This document shows, piece after piece, positions 10,298 to 22,406 of a stretch of 64,000 bases of DNA. The notes beneath the pieces are model-generated. The model did not search any database. It was not told the origin of the DNA and saw nothing but the letters and a program-made list of their open reading frames with translations. Source of the stretch: an uncultured Acidobacteriota bacterium. Its GTDB lineage: Bacteria > Acidobacteriota > Blastocatellia > RBC074. Numbering within the stretch: position 1 is the first letter of the stretch; each line of letters opens with the position of its first letter. Both the position numbers and the translations under genes were made by a program. The stretch is from NCBI GenBank assembly GCA_963796275.1, contig CAWCKY010000002.1, forward strand, positions 480,001-544,000, read 5' to 3'.

Positions 10298-13200
10298 TTA
10301 CCAGATCAGTTTCAAACCAAGCTGGATGGTACGACCGTTTGCTACCGATGTGATCGTCCCGCCAGCATTATCGCTTATGTTACCGTTAGGCAACCCGAAG
10401 TTAGCGCGGTTTGCGATATTGAAGAACTCCGTCCGAAATTGCAGGTTGATCCGCTCCGTCAGACGGTTATTTTTGCTCACGCTGAAGTCGAAATTATTGA
10501 AGCCCGGCCCGTCCAGAATGTTGCGCGATGCATTCCCCTGCGTACCGCGAGCCGGCTGCGCGAAGGCGTTCAGATCGAACCAGCGGGTAGGAGTCGGGTT
10601 CTCCAGCCTGCCGTCACCGATGATATTCGCATATTGCGGTATGAAGGAACCGGTGTTGTGCACATTCGCCGCCGTGACCGAGAAGGGGGGACCTGATGCC
10701 AGAGACAGAATCCCCTGGATATTCCAGCCGCCGGCGAGGAGCCCTTTCGCGCCGCGGACGCCGGACAGATATTTGCGGCCAGGGCCGAAAGGCAGCTCAT
10801 ATCCGAAACTCGTCGCGATGCGGTGGCGCTGATCGAATCGCGAGCGGCTGCGATCCAGCCGTTTGTTATGCCGGTCGCGCGTATCATTCGCCTCTACTTC
10901 GCCCGAGTTGTTGTCGATCGATTTGGCGAAGGTATAACCCGACAAGAAGAACAATCCGTTGGCATACCGCTTCTCGACCTTCACGAAACCGCCGTTGTAA
11001 TTCCCGTTTGCATCATTGGCCGATGTGAGAATGCCTGCATCGAACTGCGGGTATGGCAGACGGTTCTGCAGAGGAATCGTGTTGGTCGGATCGAACTCCG
11101 CCTGATTCTGATTGTATCGCTTCCAGAGTTTGTGGCTGTTGCTGCCCGAATAGCCGACTTCGAGCAGCCAGTTCTTTCCGAACCGATGCTGTATATTGAG
11201 ATTGTACTCCAACACATAGGGAGTACGGTTGTTCAGGATCCACCGAGAAGGGCGCGGGAAAGCGGGTGATCTCATTTAGACTGGGGAATAGATTGTCGGC
11301 GAAGATGTCCGGGCTCTGTCCGTTGCCGATCAATGTGAAGTTGGCGTAGAAAGGCGCCACCAGCCGCGTGAACTGCAGCTCGTTCAGATTGACGTTGTCA
11401 TAGAAGACGCCGAACCCCGCGCGAATGACCGTATTTTCTCCCAGCGGGCGCCACGCCAGACCGACGCGCGGAGCCAAGTTATTCCTATCCGGTTGGAGAA
11501 TGCCAGCCGGAACTACCCCCTCTCTTGTGTTGTAAAGTCCATTCAGGGCGGGCGGAATGCCGGCCGGAAGCTTGTTGTAAGTGATCAGCCCTGTGGTCGG
11601 ATCGAAGAAACCTTCCTGATTGCTCTGCTCATGCCATGGAGCCCCGTATTCATAGCGCAATCCGAGATTGAGTGTAAGCCGCTGATTTACCCTCCAGTCT
11701 TCCTGCACAAACAATCCGAGAAAATTGGAGCGGTAATTGGAACGCGAACTGCCGGCAGCTCCACCGGCAGTACTGGGGATTCCCAGGAGATAGTCGGCGA
11801 TGGGGTTCCCGGTATACTGTCCGTTGAAAGTGAATGCGCCGCGAGGTGGAACCTCGGTGATATGGAAGAATCGGCGGTGCTGCAATTCCACTCCGACCTT
11901 GAGAGTGTGGCTTCCAAACACCCGGCTCAGGTTATCGGCCACCGTGTATATGTTCTCGATCGAACCCTGAGTGATGCCGCCGTTACCCGGATTTGAGAAA
12001 CCGGTAATGGTAACTGCGGGAACTCCGAAGTTTATGGGGTCTGTGCTCCCGGCCAGATTCCTGATCCCCAACTCCTGGACGGGATTCCCGCCCGGGTTGA
12101 TCGGTAGAATAAAGTGAATCGCACGGTTGTAACCCACTTTGAATTCGTTGACGAGGTTCGGAGTAACCGTAAGAGTGCTCTGCACCGATACATTTTGCCC
12201 ACTTTGTGGATTGTCGGTGTCCGTGAAATTCCCCGGCGTGATCCGGCTTCCTTCATACCAGACGTAGCGTTCGAACAGGGTATGGCGCTGGGACAGATTC
12301 TGATCAAAACGACTCGTCACAGAATCATATGAGTCGAGGAAATTCGCGACCCGGCGATAGTTGTTCCTGTCGGCATTGTTGGGCGCGGGGAAATATTTGT
12401 TATAACCCTTCGCGAACCTCGATATCCGACTGTCCGGTATTCGCCCGAGTACACCCCCATCCTGAAAACAACCGCTCGTATCGCCACTCGAACAGGGCAA
12501 TCCCGATGCAGTATCCTTTATCAGCGTGGAAACCGACGACAGGTCTCCGGTCAGCAACGTTGGATTCATTACAGTGCCGAACAAGGTTCTGCCCTGTGTT
12601 TCTCGCAATCCCTCAAAAGCGCCAAAGAAGAACGCTTTCCCACGGATGATTGGCCCACCGGCGGTGACTCCGAATTGATTGCGGCGAAACTCGGGCCTCT
12701 GCGCGTCAAAGAATTTACGGGCATCCATGTTGTCGTTGCGGAGAAATTCGTAGACGGTCCCGTGAATCTCATTCGAGCCCGAACGGGTGACCGCAGTCAC
12801 CACCGACTGCCCCTGACCGAACTCGGCCGAGAAGGAGTTGCGGTTGACTTTGAATTCCTGTATCGCGTCGATATTGAGCTGCAGCGATAGATTGTTGAAG
12901 CGCAATGAACGAGCCATGACGCCATCGATCAGGTAATTGGTCGAAGAATCGCGCCCGCCTTCGACTGTGATGTACTGATCACGCCCGCCGTACTGTGTCC
13001 CGCGCTCAAACGACTTGGGTGAGATGCCGGCTGAGATTGCGGCCAACTGCGTCAGATTGCGGCCATTGAGCGGCAGCTCTCTCACGCGCTGCGAATCGAT
13101 GACCTGTCCCAGAGCTGATGTATCGGTCTCCAGCAGCGCCGACCCGCCGGTGACGGTGACGGATTCAGTTATGGCGCCGACCTGGAGGCGGACTTCTAGA

Positions 13201-13529
13201 CGAGCCACCTGGTTTATCTTCAATTCCAGGCTTTCCACCAGATACGAGCGGAAACCCTGTTTCTCCACCTTGATGTCATAGACTGCGGGCAATAAACCGG
13301 GAAACGAGAACTCTCCCGTCTCGTTGCTGGTGACCGTGCGCTGGGCCCCGGTAGCCCGATTTGTTATGGTAATGGATGAACTGGGGATGCCTGATCCACC
13401 TTCTTCTTTTACTACGCCAACCACGCTCCCGGTGGTAAGTTCCTGCGCTGACGCGATCGGACAATTCCAAATCACAGCAAGCGGAAACAGCAGCAGACAA
13501 AAAATCATCTTGCTTTTGATCGGATGCAT
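10298..13529 (-). CDS. TonB-dependent receptor (Oar-like), +1 frameshift near 11235
   Basis: Signal peptide, CarboxypepD_reg domain, 'LPLNGRN', 'AIQEFKV', 'TRSGSNEIHGT'. ORF 11013-13529 switches frame at 'FSVDP/NNRTPYV' into ORF 10298-11275, which ends 'RTIQLGLKLIW'. Confidence 0.85.
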
Positions 13530-13845
13530 AACCTCTCCATTAGTTGATGGGTTGTGGGCAAAAAACGAGCGTCCTCGTGATGATCACAGACGCACGCGTG
13601 CGAATCATCGTTTTAGGTTCGGAATACATCCCAGCATTTTTGGCAGTGTGATATCTGGTGATTTCGATATCGCGCGGATTCTACACCGTTATAAAATTTA
13701 AAACAATATTATAAGATGATCTAGATATCGGATGATCTTTCAGGAAGGCAAAGAGGGCACAGCGTGTGTGTGCAAGGCGGCTGGAGGGCTTAGGGGCGCC
13801 ATCGATCTTTAAACGCTCACTCTAAATACTTGGGGTGGAGCACGA

Positions 13846-14016
13846 TTAAAGTCTTAGTAAGCGAAAGGCCCAGAGGCAGAGAGCGCCCGCGGCAAGAGTA
13901 ATCGCGATGTACCATGGGTCCTTCGCCAGGGCAGCACCTTCCTCGATGATGCGCCAGATGTGCGCCACAACGAGCAGACCGAACACAGCACCCGTTGTCA
14001 TAATATACGCCTTCAT
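13846..14016 (-). CDS. Small hypothetical membrane protein (2 TM)
   Basis: MKAYIMTTGAVFGLLVVAHIWR...; two hydrophobic segments; RBS GGAGG upstream of ATG 14016. Confidence 0.6.
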   Translation of the reverse strand: MKAYIMTTGAVFGLLVVAHIWRIIEEGAALAKDPWYIAITLAAGALCLWAFRLLRL

Positions 14017-14285
14017 GAATTCCTCCACTTTACTAAGTGTTGCGTCGATCTTCTTTGTTCGCGAAGCAAAATTATTGACCTTACTGCTTCCTCAGCGGCC
14101 TCTTCCTTTATACAGACATTTAGAACGGCCGCGAGACGCGATAGATGATGCTCTCATGTTCACAAATCGCAATGTATTCTGCTGGAAAGCCCAGCCTTGC
14201 TGCATGAACGACGCTGTTTTATCAATGGTCGGACAAATTCGCTTGTGCTCGGCGCAAGTCCTGGGTTAGATTACGGCCTAAATAA

Positions 14286-14534
14286 TATGCAATTTAAAAT
14301 TGGTTGTTATCAATTGCTTCTGAGCGGCTCAGGAAAGCTCGAAGTTTATGCTCCGTAGTTTATTACATTGATGGAAATATTCGTTTCTCTAAAAGCTTCG
14401 AAGGAACTCCATTCGCTAGATAAATGTCGATCCCACGAGCTCGCCAGATTGGATGATCGAGTACTATAAATAACTCGCACTGGCGCTCAATGCTGAAACC
14501 GTTGATTCCAGCGGCATTTAATTTGTTTTTGCAT
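14286..14534. mobile_element. Degenerate third copy of the MITE-like element
   Basis: Begins TATGCAATTTAAAAT, contains GAGCTCG...TGATCGAGTACTATAAATA...CTGGCGCTCA...TGATTCC colinear with copy 2, and ends TTTTTGCAT. Length ~249 bp, close to copy 1. Confidence 0.6.
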
Positions 14535-14867
14535 TCTATATCTACAGAAGTATCCTACACTAGCTAGTTTATTTTTTGGTACTCATAGGTTGGCTTTTGA
14601 ACCTTCTTCATCAATCACTGTCTTATCGTGATTGTAAGTATCAGTTCTATATCAATTATAGAAATAGAAATCGATGTGCCCACTAACGTGATCGCTGAAG
14701 TGGTGCAGGATTCACATCTATAAATTAACGCCCATGTTCGTGAAGAGTCTCTGGGGTTGATATGTCGCTACCCAACAGTGACGTCGTATAACAACCCCGC
14801 CGGCAGATTTGTATCTTAAGCCGGTTGTGCAGTGTCAAAAATTTCCATCACCGAAGGAGCTAATCGT

Positions 14868-17800
14868 ATGTCTTCTCCATACGTTCCCGCGGTTCTCCGC
14901 TCATGCGCAACTTTATCGCCAATCGCTCGCAATATTTCCCAAACGACCTGGCGTTTATTGTTAATGCTGGTTCTACAGATATTTCTATCTTCGTTTACGC
15001 CGGCCTGGTGCCAAAGCACCAGTGCAGCAATAAGCGGAGTCGTCACGGATCCGAAGGGAGCGGCGATAGTCGATGCGGAGGTCACTATTAAATTGATCGA
15101 CGCTTCTTTTACTCGCAAAGTTAACACGGACAGCGAGGGCCTGTTTGCATTCCCCAATATTCAACAAGGGGCTTACGAGCTGGAAATCAGCGCTGTGGGA
15201 TTTAAAGTGCTCACTCAGCGAAATATCGTCATCCGACAATATGAACAAGTCCGGATGCCGGTGCGTCTGGAGGTGGGGGAGGTCGGAGAACGAGTTGACG
15301 TATCGGCGGCCGTGTCGCAGTTGAATGTCGAAACGCCGGAGGTTAAAGGAACCATCTCGCGCACTGAAATTGAGCAACTGCCGCTCCAGGTAGCCGGCGC
15401 TCAGCGATCGGCAGCGCAATTTGCCACGTTACTTCCCGGCGTGACGCCCGGCGGCGGCCAAACTGATGCGGGCAATGCAAGGTTCAACGGTGGGCAACGC
15501 AACTCCGACGAAGCGATTCTCGACGGCGTGACGATGCAGGAAGGCTTATTGAACCAGAGCGGAATGATCGCAATTCAGAGCGATTTTCCGATTGCTCCCG
15601 AAGCGGTGAACGAGATATCGGTCATCACCTCCAACTACGATGTTCAGTACGGGTCTTCGGCCGGTGCCGTCATCATTGCCAGCACGAAAAGCGGCACCAA
15701 CGACTTTCACGGCGGGGGCTATTCCTATCACCGGAACACCGCGTTCAATGCCGCCCCCTGGGGCCAGCAGCGTCCTCGTATTCAGCAGACGGACTACGGT
15801 TTCTATCTGGGTGGGCCCGTCAAGTTGCGTGGTCTGTGGAATAGCAAAGTAAAGACATATTTCTTCGGGCATATGGAGCGTTTCCGTTCTGTGGGCGCGA
15901 CTACCAAGCCCGTATTAACCCTGCCTACAGCGAAGATGAGACAGGGCGACTTCAGTGAATGGCCGAATCCCATCTACGATCCGAACACCCTACGTGAAAA
16001 TCCGAACTACAATCCGAACATTGAAGTAGGCCCCACAAATTTGCCGTATTTGCGCGACCAGTTCATGGGGTGCGATGGAAACCAACCAAACGTCATCTGC
16101 CAAAACGATCCGCGCCTGGGTAACGCACTAGCGCAGGCCTGGTTCAAGCTTCTGCCGATGCCGAATCGCCCGGGCGTGGTCGCGAATTACGAAGCCCCGG
16201 TAGGACTCGCAAGTTCGCTGAACGCAAATACGAACCAATATGATGCCCGGGGCGACGCATACATCGGCCAAAACGATCACATCTCGGGAACTTATCATTA
16301 CCGCGGGACGTTACCGTTCACTCAGGCAGTTCTTCCGCCGGCGCTCGACACGAACAATACGCGCATTCCCAACTATTCTCACATAGCCCGCGTAAATTGG
16401 GATCACACCTTCTCGCCCACATTGGTCAATAACTTCAACATCGGCTATCTTGATTTACCCACGAATCTCTTCAATTCAAGCGATTGCTGCGTGAATGACG
16501 TTCCGCAAATCAGCGGCGTCTATTCGAACGAGCACGTGCCGCAGATAAGATTCTCCGATCAATACAGCGGATACGGAGGCAACGGGGATTTTTTTACAAC
16601 GCGTCCCACCTGGTCGATCAACAATACAATTACCTGGATCAGAGGCAGGCATCAGTTGAAGATCGGCGGGGAGTGGCGAAGCGTGAAGTACCCGACGTCA
16701 ACTGAGGCCAACGGCTCCGGCACTTTCAACTTTGACCGGGGCGCCACCAGCGTTCGCGGAATTGCCAGCGGTAATCCGATGGCAAGCTTCCTGTTGGGCG
16801 CTGTCTCGAATGCTTCCGTGACATATTACAGTCTGCCGGAATGGAGTCCGACCGGTTATTCGGTGGGCCTGTTTATCGGGGATCAGTGGAAGGTCAATAA
16901 CCGATTGAACGTGACGATGGGTGTGCGTTGGGACCTATATGTTCCATCCATGGAGGAGCAGGATCGAACATCCTTTTTCGATCCGTATGGCCCCAATCCC
17001 GGTGCGGGAGGAAGGCCGGGGAGAATGGTGTTTGCCGGCGATCAGCACGGCGATGCGAGCTTCGGCAAGAGATATCCCGAGGAGCTTTTCAAGCGAGCAT
17101 TCGCTCCGCGCATCGGAATTGCCTATACGCCAAACGACAAAACAGTGGTCCGGGCAGGTTACGGCATCTTTTTCATGCAGAACTTCTATCCAGGATGGAA
17201 CGGCGGTATCGCCACCGATGGATTCAATTTCACGGCAACGTTCAATTCGCAGCTCGGAGGGTTGGAGCCGGCATTCCTCCTGCAGAATGGTGTCCCTCAG
17301 ACTTTCGAGAAGCCGCCCTTCACTACGACGACCTACCTCAATGGTCTCAACGCTCCAAACTACCGTCCGTTTGACGGCAACCAACTCCCATACGCTCAGC
17401 AGTGGAATCTGACTATCGAGCAGCGACTGGGCGAGTCGACTTATATCTCAAGCGCCTATGTAGGTAATAAGGGAACCCGATTACTCTCGAATATAGCGGG
17501 TATAAATGCCGTTGATCCACAATATTTATCCCTGGGCGAACGGTTGAACGATCAATTTCAGCCTGGTCAGACGGTGTTGAATGGCGTGCCGATTCCGTAC
17601 GTCGGCTGGCAAGAACAGATGCGAGGTTGTCCTCCATCTGTGGCGCAGGCGCTTAGGCCGTTCCCGCAATATTGCAACTCGATCTTTGGCCAGAACGAGA
17701 ACGTGGGAAACTCGACCTATCATGCATTTCAACTGAAGGTAGAGCGACGGCTGTCGCATGGGTTGTTTTTCCTGGGCTCGTATACCTGGTCCAAAACTCT

Positions 17801-18473
17801 GACGAGTGCTGATAGTGCGCAGGCGACGACAAACCCTTATTTGTTTTCGCCCTACCAACAGAATCGTGCCAAATCGTACTCCGACACAGACGTTCCGCAC
17901 GCGTTCGCTCTCTCGCTAAATTGGGACTTCCCATTCGGCAAGGGGAAGAAGTGGGGAGCCGGCATCCCGACTGCTCTCAATTATCTGATAGGGGGCTGGC
18001 AGTTGTCCGGCATCACTCGTTGGTATAGCGGTGTGCCGATCGGCTTCAGATCCGGCTTCTGCAACGTTCCAGGGCCGTTTTCTATTTCCTGTGTTCCTGG
18101 AACGATTCCCGGAAAGAAGGTGCTCGTCCAGGAGAATTCCAATTACGACCCGGCCCTGCCGCGATTCAACCGGGACGCATTCGAGAATCCTCGGGAGGCT
18201 TTCGCGGATCCCACCTATTACGGTCAGGGCTCAAGGTACACAAACATCCGCAACCTACCATACCGAAATCAGGATTTGTCGTTGTACAAGAATTTTAGTT
18301 TCCTCGCAGATGACCGGCTTCGGGTTCAGTTGCGATTTGAAGCATTCAATGTCTTCAACATGCATATCCTCAATGGTTGGAACACAGATGTAGCCAGTCC
18401 GACTTTCGGCGCGTTGACCGGCGGACCTTCGGCACCACGCAACCTGCAGCTAGGAGTAAAGATTACTTTCTAA
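14868..18473 (+). CDS. TonB-dependent receptor (Oar-like)
   Basis: 'AAISGVVTDPKGAAI', 'TKSGTNDFHGG', 'FAPRIGIAY', C-terminal 'PRNLQLGVKITF'; RBS AAGGAG before ATG 14868. Confidence 0.9.
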   Translation: MSSPYVPAVLRSCATLSPIARNISQTTWRLLLMLVLQIFLSSFTPAWCQSTSAAISGVVTDPKGAAIVDAEVTIKLIDASFTRKVNTDSEGLFAFPNIQQGAYELEISAVGFKVLTQRNIVIRQYEQVRMPVRLEVGEVGERVDVSAAVSQLNVETPEVKGTISRTEIEQLPLQVAGAQRSAAQFATLLPGVTPGGGQTDAGNARFNGGQRNSDEAILDGVTMQEGLLNQSGMIAIQSDFPIAPEAVNEISVITSNYDVQYGSSAGAVIIASTKSGTNDFHGGGYSYHRNTAFNAAPWGQQRPRIQQTDYGFYLGGPVKLRGLWNSKVKTYFFGHMERFRSVGATTKPVLTLPTAKMRQGDFSEWPNPIYDPNTLRENPNYNPNIEVGPTNLPYLRDQFMGCDGNQPNVICQNDPRLGNALAQAWFKLLPMPNRPGVVANYEAPVGLASSLNANTNQYDARGDAYIGQNDHISGTYHYRGTLPFTQAVLPPALDTNNTRIPNYSHIARVNWDHTFSPTLVNNFNIGYLDLPTNLFNSSDCCVNDVPQISGVYSNEHVPQIRFSDQYSGYGGNGDFFTTRPTWSINNTITWIRGRHQLKIGGEWRSVKYPTSTEANGSGTFNFDRGATSVRGIASGNPMASFLLGAVSNASVTYYSLPEWSPTGYSVGLFIGDQWKVNNRLNVTMGVRWDLYVPSMEEQDRTSFFDPYGPNPGAGGRPGRMVFAGDQHGDASFGKRYPEELFKRAFAPRIGIAYTPNDKTVVRAGYGIFFMQNFYPGWNGGIATDGFNFTATFNSQLGGLEPAFLLQNGVPQTFEKPPFTTTTYLNGLNAPNYRPFDGNQLPYAQQWNLTIEQRLGESTYISSAYVGNKGTRLLSNIAGINAVDPQYLSLGERLNDQFQPGQTVLNGVPIPYVGWQEQMRGCPPSVAQALRPFPQYCNSIFGQNENVGNSTYHAFQLKVERRLSHGLFFLGSYTWSKTLTSADSAQATTNPYLFSPYQQNRAKSYSDTDVPHAFALSLNWDFPFGKGKKWGAGIPTALNYLIGGWQLSGITRWYSGVPIGFRSGFCNVPGPFSISCVPGTIPGKKVLVQENSNYDPALPRFNRDAFENPREAFADPTYYGQGSRYTNIRNLPYRNQDLSLYKNFSFLADDRLRVQLRFEAFNVFNMHILNGWNTDVASPTFGALTGGPSAPRNLQLGVKITF

Positions 18474-18872
18474 CCCTATCTGAGAACACCTTATGTGATG
18501 GATCGCTCTTTGTTGGTAGAAATGTTGGTGAAAAGCCGGCGGCTGAATTCAAATGGCTGCTTTCGGGAGAATTCACTTGAATCAGTTCGCGCAATCAGAT
18601 TTGCCATTCAGCAGCCGCGCTTTTCAGCACCTGGCTACTGCCGCAGTCAGTTTGGATAACTATTGATCTTAAAATAATCAGCTTTTCACGAACCAAACCA
18701 GCCCACGGAGCGGGCGGCCAGCTTCGCGGGCTGATCTGTGAAATTTTTTTTGGTTAGGTGTCGAACCAGAATGTCAATAACACAATCGGCTCGACCTCAA
18801 TTAGATGGCAGAGTACTCATCGCGATCATTTCGCTCAAGATTTATAAAAACCGAAATGGCCTCTCTCTCCCC

Positions 18873-20123
18873 TCACATCCAGTCCCTTATCCATTTCCAC
18901 GCCTCCGCCTGCATTTTTAGATTGAATTCATGCGGCGCATCGTAAAGAATGCAGCGCTGTCGTTTTTCGGCCCCGGCTTTTGCGTAGCAACGGGAGATCT
19001 TCTCGAACGCCGCTTTCACGCCATCGAGCGCGAAGAGCCGGTCCTGAGACCCGTTGATCACCAGCACAGAGCGCGGCGCGATCAATGCCGCCAGGTCTGG
19101 CAGGTCGAAGTGGCGGTACATGCCATTGATGTAAAAAGAAAAGCCGATGGTATTGATGATGTGATTTTTGATCTGCGCGCCGAGCGATGTCATCCACCCG
19201 ACGGCAACTGCCGTTTTGATTCGCTCATCGAGCGCCGCGAGCAGAAAGCTCCTCCAGCCGCCGACGGAAAGTCCGACGCAACCGAGCCGTCGCTTGTCCA
19301 CTTCCGGGCGCGAGGCGAGGTAATCGAGTGTGCGGATGTCATCCCAAAGTACTATGCCTGGCCAGCTGACCCCGGCTGTGAAGAGACTGCGCGCAACCAG
19401 CTGTTCGTTTTGCGATGAGCGTCGATTGAATGCCGCGATCTCTTCATCCGTCATCGCGCGCGGGCGTTCGCGGTAAGCGGCCGGATCGTTGTCCAGCAGC
19501 ATGCGCCGTTCGCCCCAATAGAACATATCAATCGCGATCACGACGTAACCTTGCCGTGCCAGTTCTGCCGCGATAGCCTTCCCGCCGTAGCGTTGATTCT
19601 TGAATGCGGTCAAATATGGATGCTCATCTTCCGTCCCTTCAACGACCTTCTCTTTCCCCCACAAATAGATGCCGTCGTGGCTGTGCAGCGCGACGATACC
19701 CGGGGCGGGCAGCTTGGCGTTCTTCGGAATCAACAGGTACGCCGGCACACGCAGATCCGGTGTCGTCTGAAAGGTCAGGTACTCTTCGATGTAATCTCCA
19801 CGGTCTGTCCGCCTGATCGATTCCGGTTGCGGAGCGACTGGCGGCGGAGCATAGGTAAGTAGTTCGAAGAGTTTCGCTCGTGCGCGTACCTGCCACTGCT
19901 TGAGGCTTTTAAATTCGGGAAGCAGAAACGAGAGGGAGAGCGGCGATTGATCAGCCTGCCTTTGAACGAAGGGATAGAGATTGCCGATGTGCGAGCCGGC
20001 TGCACTAGCCGGCTGCCTGTTTACCATCGTGAGAGCTAGACCCTCAACCAGCGGATCGCCGCCTGCTACCAGTCCCCCGCCAGCTGCCAGGCTCTCACAG
20101 AATTCCCGCCGCGATATTGTCAT
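18873..20123 (-). CDS. Dienelactone hydrolase-like alpha/beta hydrolase with Tat-like leader
   Basis: 'SRREF' twin-arginine-like motif; nucleophile elbow 'GCVGLSVGG'; '[16 protein letters not shown]'; C-terminal 'PHEF'. Confidence 0.8.
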   Translation of the reverse strand: MTISRREFCESLAAGGGLVAGGDPLVEGLALTMVNRQPASAAGSHIGNLYPFVQRQADQSPLSLSFLLPEFKSLKQWQVRARAKLFELLTYAPPPVAPQPESIRRTDRGDYIEEYLTFQTTPDLRVPAYLLIPKNAKLPAPGIVALHSHDGIYLWGKEKVVEGTEDEHPYLTAFKNQRYGGKAIAAELARQGYVVIAIDMFYWGERRMLLDNDPAAYRERPRAMTDEEIAAFNRRSSQNEQLVARSLFTAGVSWPGIVLWDDIRTLDYLASRPEVDKRRLGCVGLSVGGWRSFLLAALDERIKTAVAVGWMTSLGAQIKNHIINTIGFSFYINGMYRHFDLPDLAALIAPRSVLVINGSQDRLFALDGVKAAFEKISRCYAKAGAEKRQRCILYDAPHEFNLKMQAEAWKWIRDWM

Positions 20124-20176
20124 TTGACTCTGATTAGCCCAGGGCGGAGGGTAGCCCCAACCCTGGGTAATCCCGT

Positions 20177-22406
20177 TCACACAAGTTTATGTCTGCGAAT
20201 CGGTAAATCACGAATGCGTTTTCCTGTCGCAGCGAAGAGCGCATTGCAGATCGCGGGTGCCATCGGCGGCACGCCCGGTTCGCCCACGCCGGCAGGCGGT
20301 TCTTCGCTCGACACCAGATGAACGTGAGTAGCTATCGGAGCTTCCGGCATCCGCGCCACCGGGTATTCGTGAAAGTTAGATTGTTGAATCTCGCCATTGA
20401 CCGCCGTGATCTCACCCATCAAGGCGATCGATGAGCCGAAAACCGCAGCACCTTCGAACTGCGATCTGACCCGATCGGGGTTGATTAACCTGCCGGCATC
20501 GACCGCAAGATCCACGCGAGGAATGCGAATCTTGCCATTACCATCCACCTCGACTTCAACGACTGCAGCAACATAGCTGTAAAAGCTCCAATGCGCCGCA
20601 ATACCCATAGCCTTACCCTTTGCCGGTTTCTTCTTCGCCCAGCCGGAACGCTCCGCCGCCAGTTCGATCACGTTTCGCAAACGCCCTGTGTCCAGCGGGA
20701 ATTTCTGCGCCATCGGACTGCGATCTTGCAGGTCGATCTTGCGCGGCTGACCCAACACGTCTAGCAAATATTCGACAGAATCCCGCTTCGCCAGTTGCGC
20801 CAGCTCATCCACAAAAGATTGGACCCCGAATGCGTGATAGATGTTCGCAACCGAGCGCAGCCAGCCGATGCGCACGTGCGCCTTCGCCGGACCGTTTTCA
20901 GCGCGATGGTTAGGAATGTCGAACGGCACGCTACTCCAGCCCATGCCCATCTCAAATGGCTGCCCCGTCTCCGCCGCGGCGTTGAATGTCGAACCGATGG
21001 TCGGAAACGCGCTTCGTTGCAGCCATGCTGTCGGCCGGCCTTTGTCATCCACCGCCGCCTTCAGATACATCGCCGCGACCGCGTGATAGTAATCGAAACG
21101 CACATCATCCTCGCGGCTCCAGGTCACCTTGACCGGCTTGCCCACAGCCTTAGAGAGCAGCGCCGCTTCCGCGACATAATCCGGCTTCGACTTGCGCCCG
21201 AAGCCGCCGCCGAGCAGCGTCACGTGACATTCGACATTTTTCTTGTCGATGCCGAGCGCGGCGGCCACCGTATCCTGCACGGCCTGCGGGTTCTGCGTCG
21301 CGGCGTAGACGACAACCTTACCATCCTTGAAGTCAGCGACTGCCGCCGGGGGCTCCATCGGCGCATGCGCCAGGTGAGGCGCGTAGTACGCGGCCTCGTG
21401 AGTTTTCCCGCCCTTCGCAAACTCCGCATCCACATCGCCTATATTGCGTACGGCTCGCTGTGGCTTGCGGACGGTTTCCAGAAGCGCTTCTTTGTATTTG
21501 GCGGAGTCGTAGCTCGCATTCCCGCCCGGCTCCCATTCGACTTTCAGCTTCTCGCGGCCTTTCATTGCGGCCCACGTGTTATCGGCGATGACCGCCACTC
21601 CGCCCAGAGGCTTGAAAACGACCGGAGGCGTTATCCCCGGCAGTACGATCGTCTGACGCACCCCCGCCACTTTGCGCGCTTCCTGATCGTCATAGCTCTT
21701 CAGCTTTCCCCCGATCACGGGAGAACGCTCGATCGAGGCATAGACCATCCCCGGCATCTTCGCATCGATTCCGAAAATTCCCTTCCCTGAGCAGATATCC
21801 TCACGATCTACAATCGGGACATTCTTCCCGATATAGCGAAACTCTGACGGAGACTTGAACTTCAGCTCATCCTTCTTAGGTATCTCCTGCTTCGCCGCAA
21901 GTTCGGCCAGTTCTCCGTAACCTAGCTTACGCTCGCTGCCGGAGTGGACTACCTGATGGTTCTGCGCTTTGCATTCGGAGGCCGGAACCCCCCATTTTTC
22001 AGCGGCCGCGCGTTCCAGCATAAGGCGAGCGCTCGCTCCGGCTTCACGCATCGCATCGTAAAAGTCGCGGATCGAACACGAGCCATCCGTGTTCTGCGAA
22101 CCGAATTTCTCGTCTCCGATGGCCTGCTCGACCTTCACTCGCTTCCAGTCGGCCTCCAGTTCGTCAGCCACCACAGTCGGCAGCACGCTCCGAATGCCGG
22201 TCCCCATCTCCGAGCGATGCGCTACTATGATTACTGTGCCGTCGGGCTCCAATCCCAAATAGACGCTCGGATTCCACGCGGCATCGACTGCAGCTTGTGC
22301 CTGCGGAGGCAGTTACTGGCAACAAGCGCGCGCCGAGCACCAGCGCGCCAGCCGAAAACATGCCACCTATAAAAGTGCGACGACTGACCAGTTCGATTCG
22401 ATTCAT
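20177..22406 (-). CDS. Xanthine dehydrogenase-family molybdopterin-binding subunit (isoquinoline 1-oxidoreductase beta/IorB-like), +1 frameshift near 22300
   Basis: Tat 'SRRTF' N-terminus in ORF 22164-22406 joins '[21 protein letters not shown]'; 'SEMGTG', 'AHAPMEP', 'GGGFGRK', 'GVGEPG...AP...[14 protein letters not shown]'. Confidence 0.85.

Noticed and set aside
13645-13735. GATATC-containing boxes upstream of TBDR2 and near positions 35-80 as a shared operator
   Set aside because: Too short and degenerate to distinguish from background by eye.
20132-20171. Hairpin between the IorB-like and hydrolase genes, and the longer 435-aa start
   Set aside because: A single REP-like palindrome; the N-terminal extension through it looks spurious because the Tat-like motif starts at 20123.
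20795-21790. 331-aa + strand ORF and the many other antisense or overlapping ORFs
   Set aside because: Shadows of well-supported genes in GC-rich coding DNA, with no motifs of their own.
8024-22406. Treating the PQQ-propeller, TBDR2 and IorB-like genes as pseudogenes or programmed frameshifts
   Set aside because: Each has a single +1 indel with no other decay and no slippery heptamer; the same defect in rpsI points to sequencing error.
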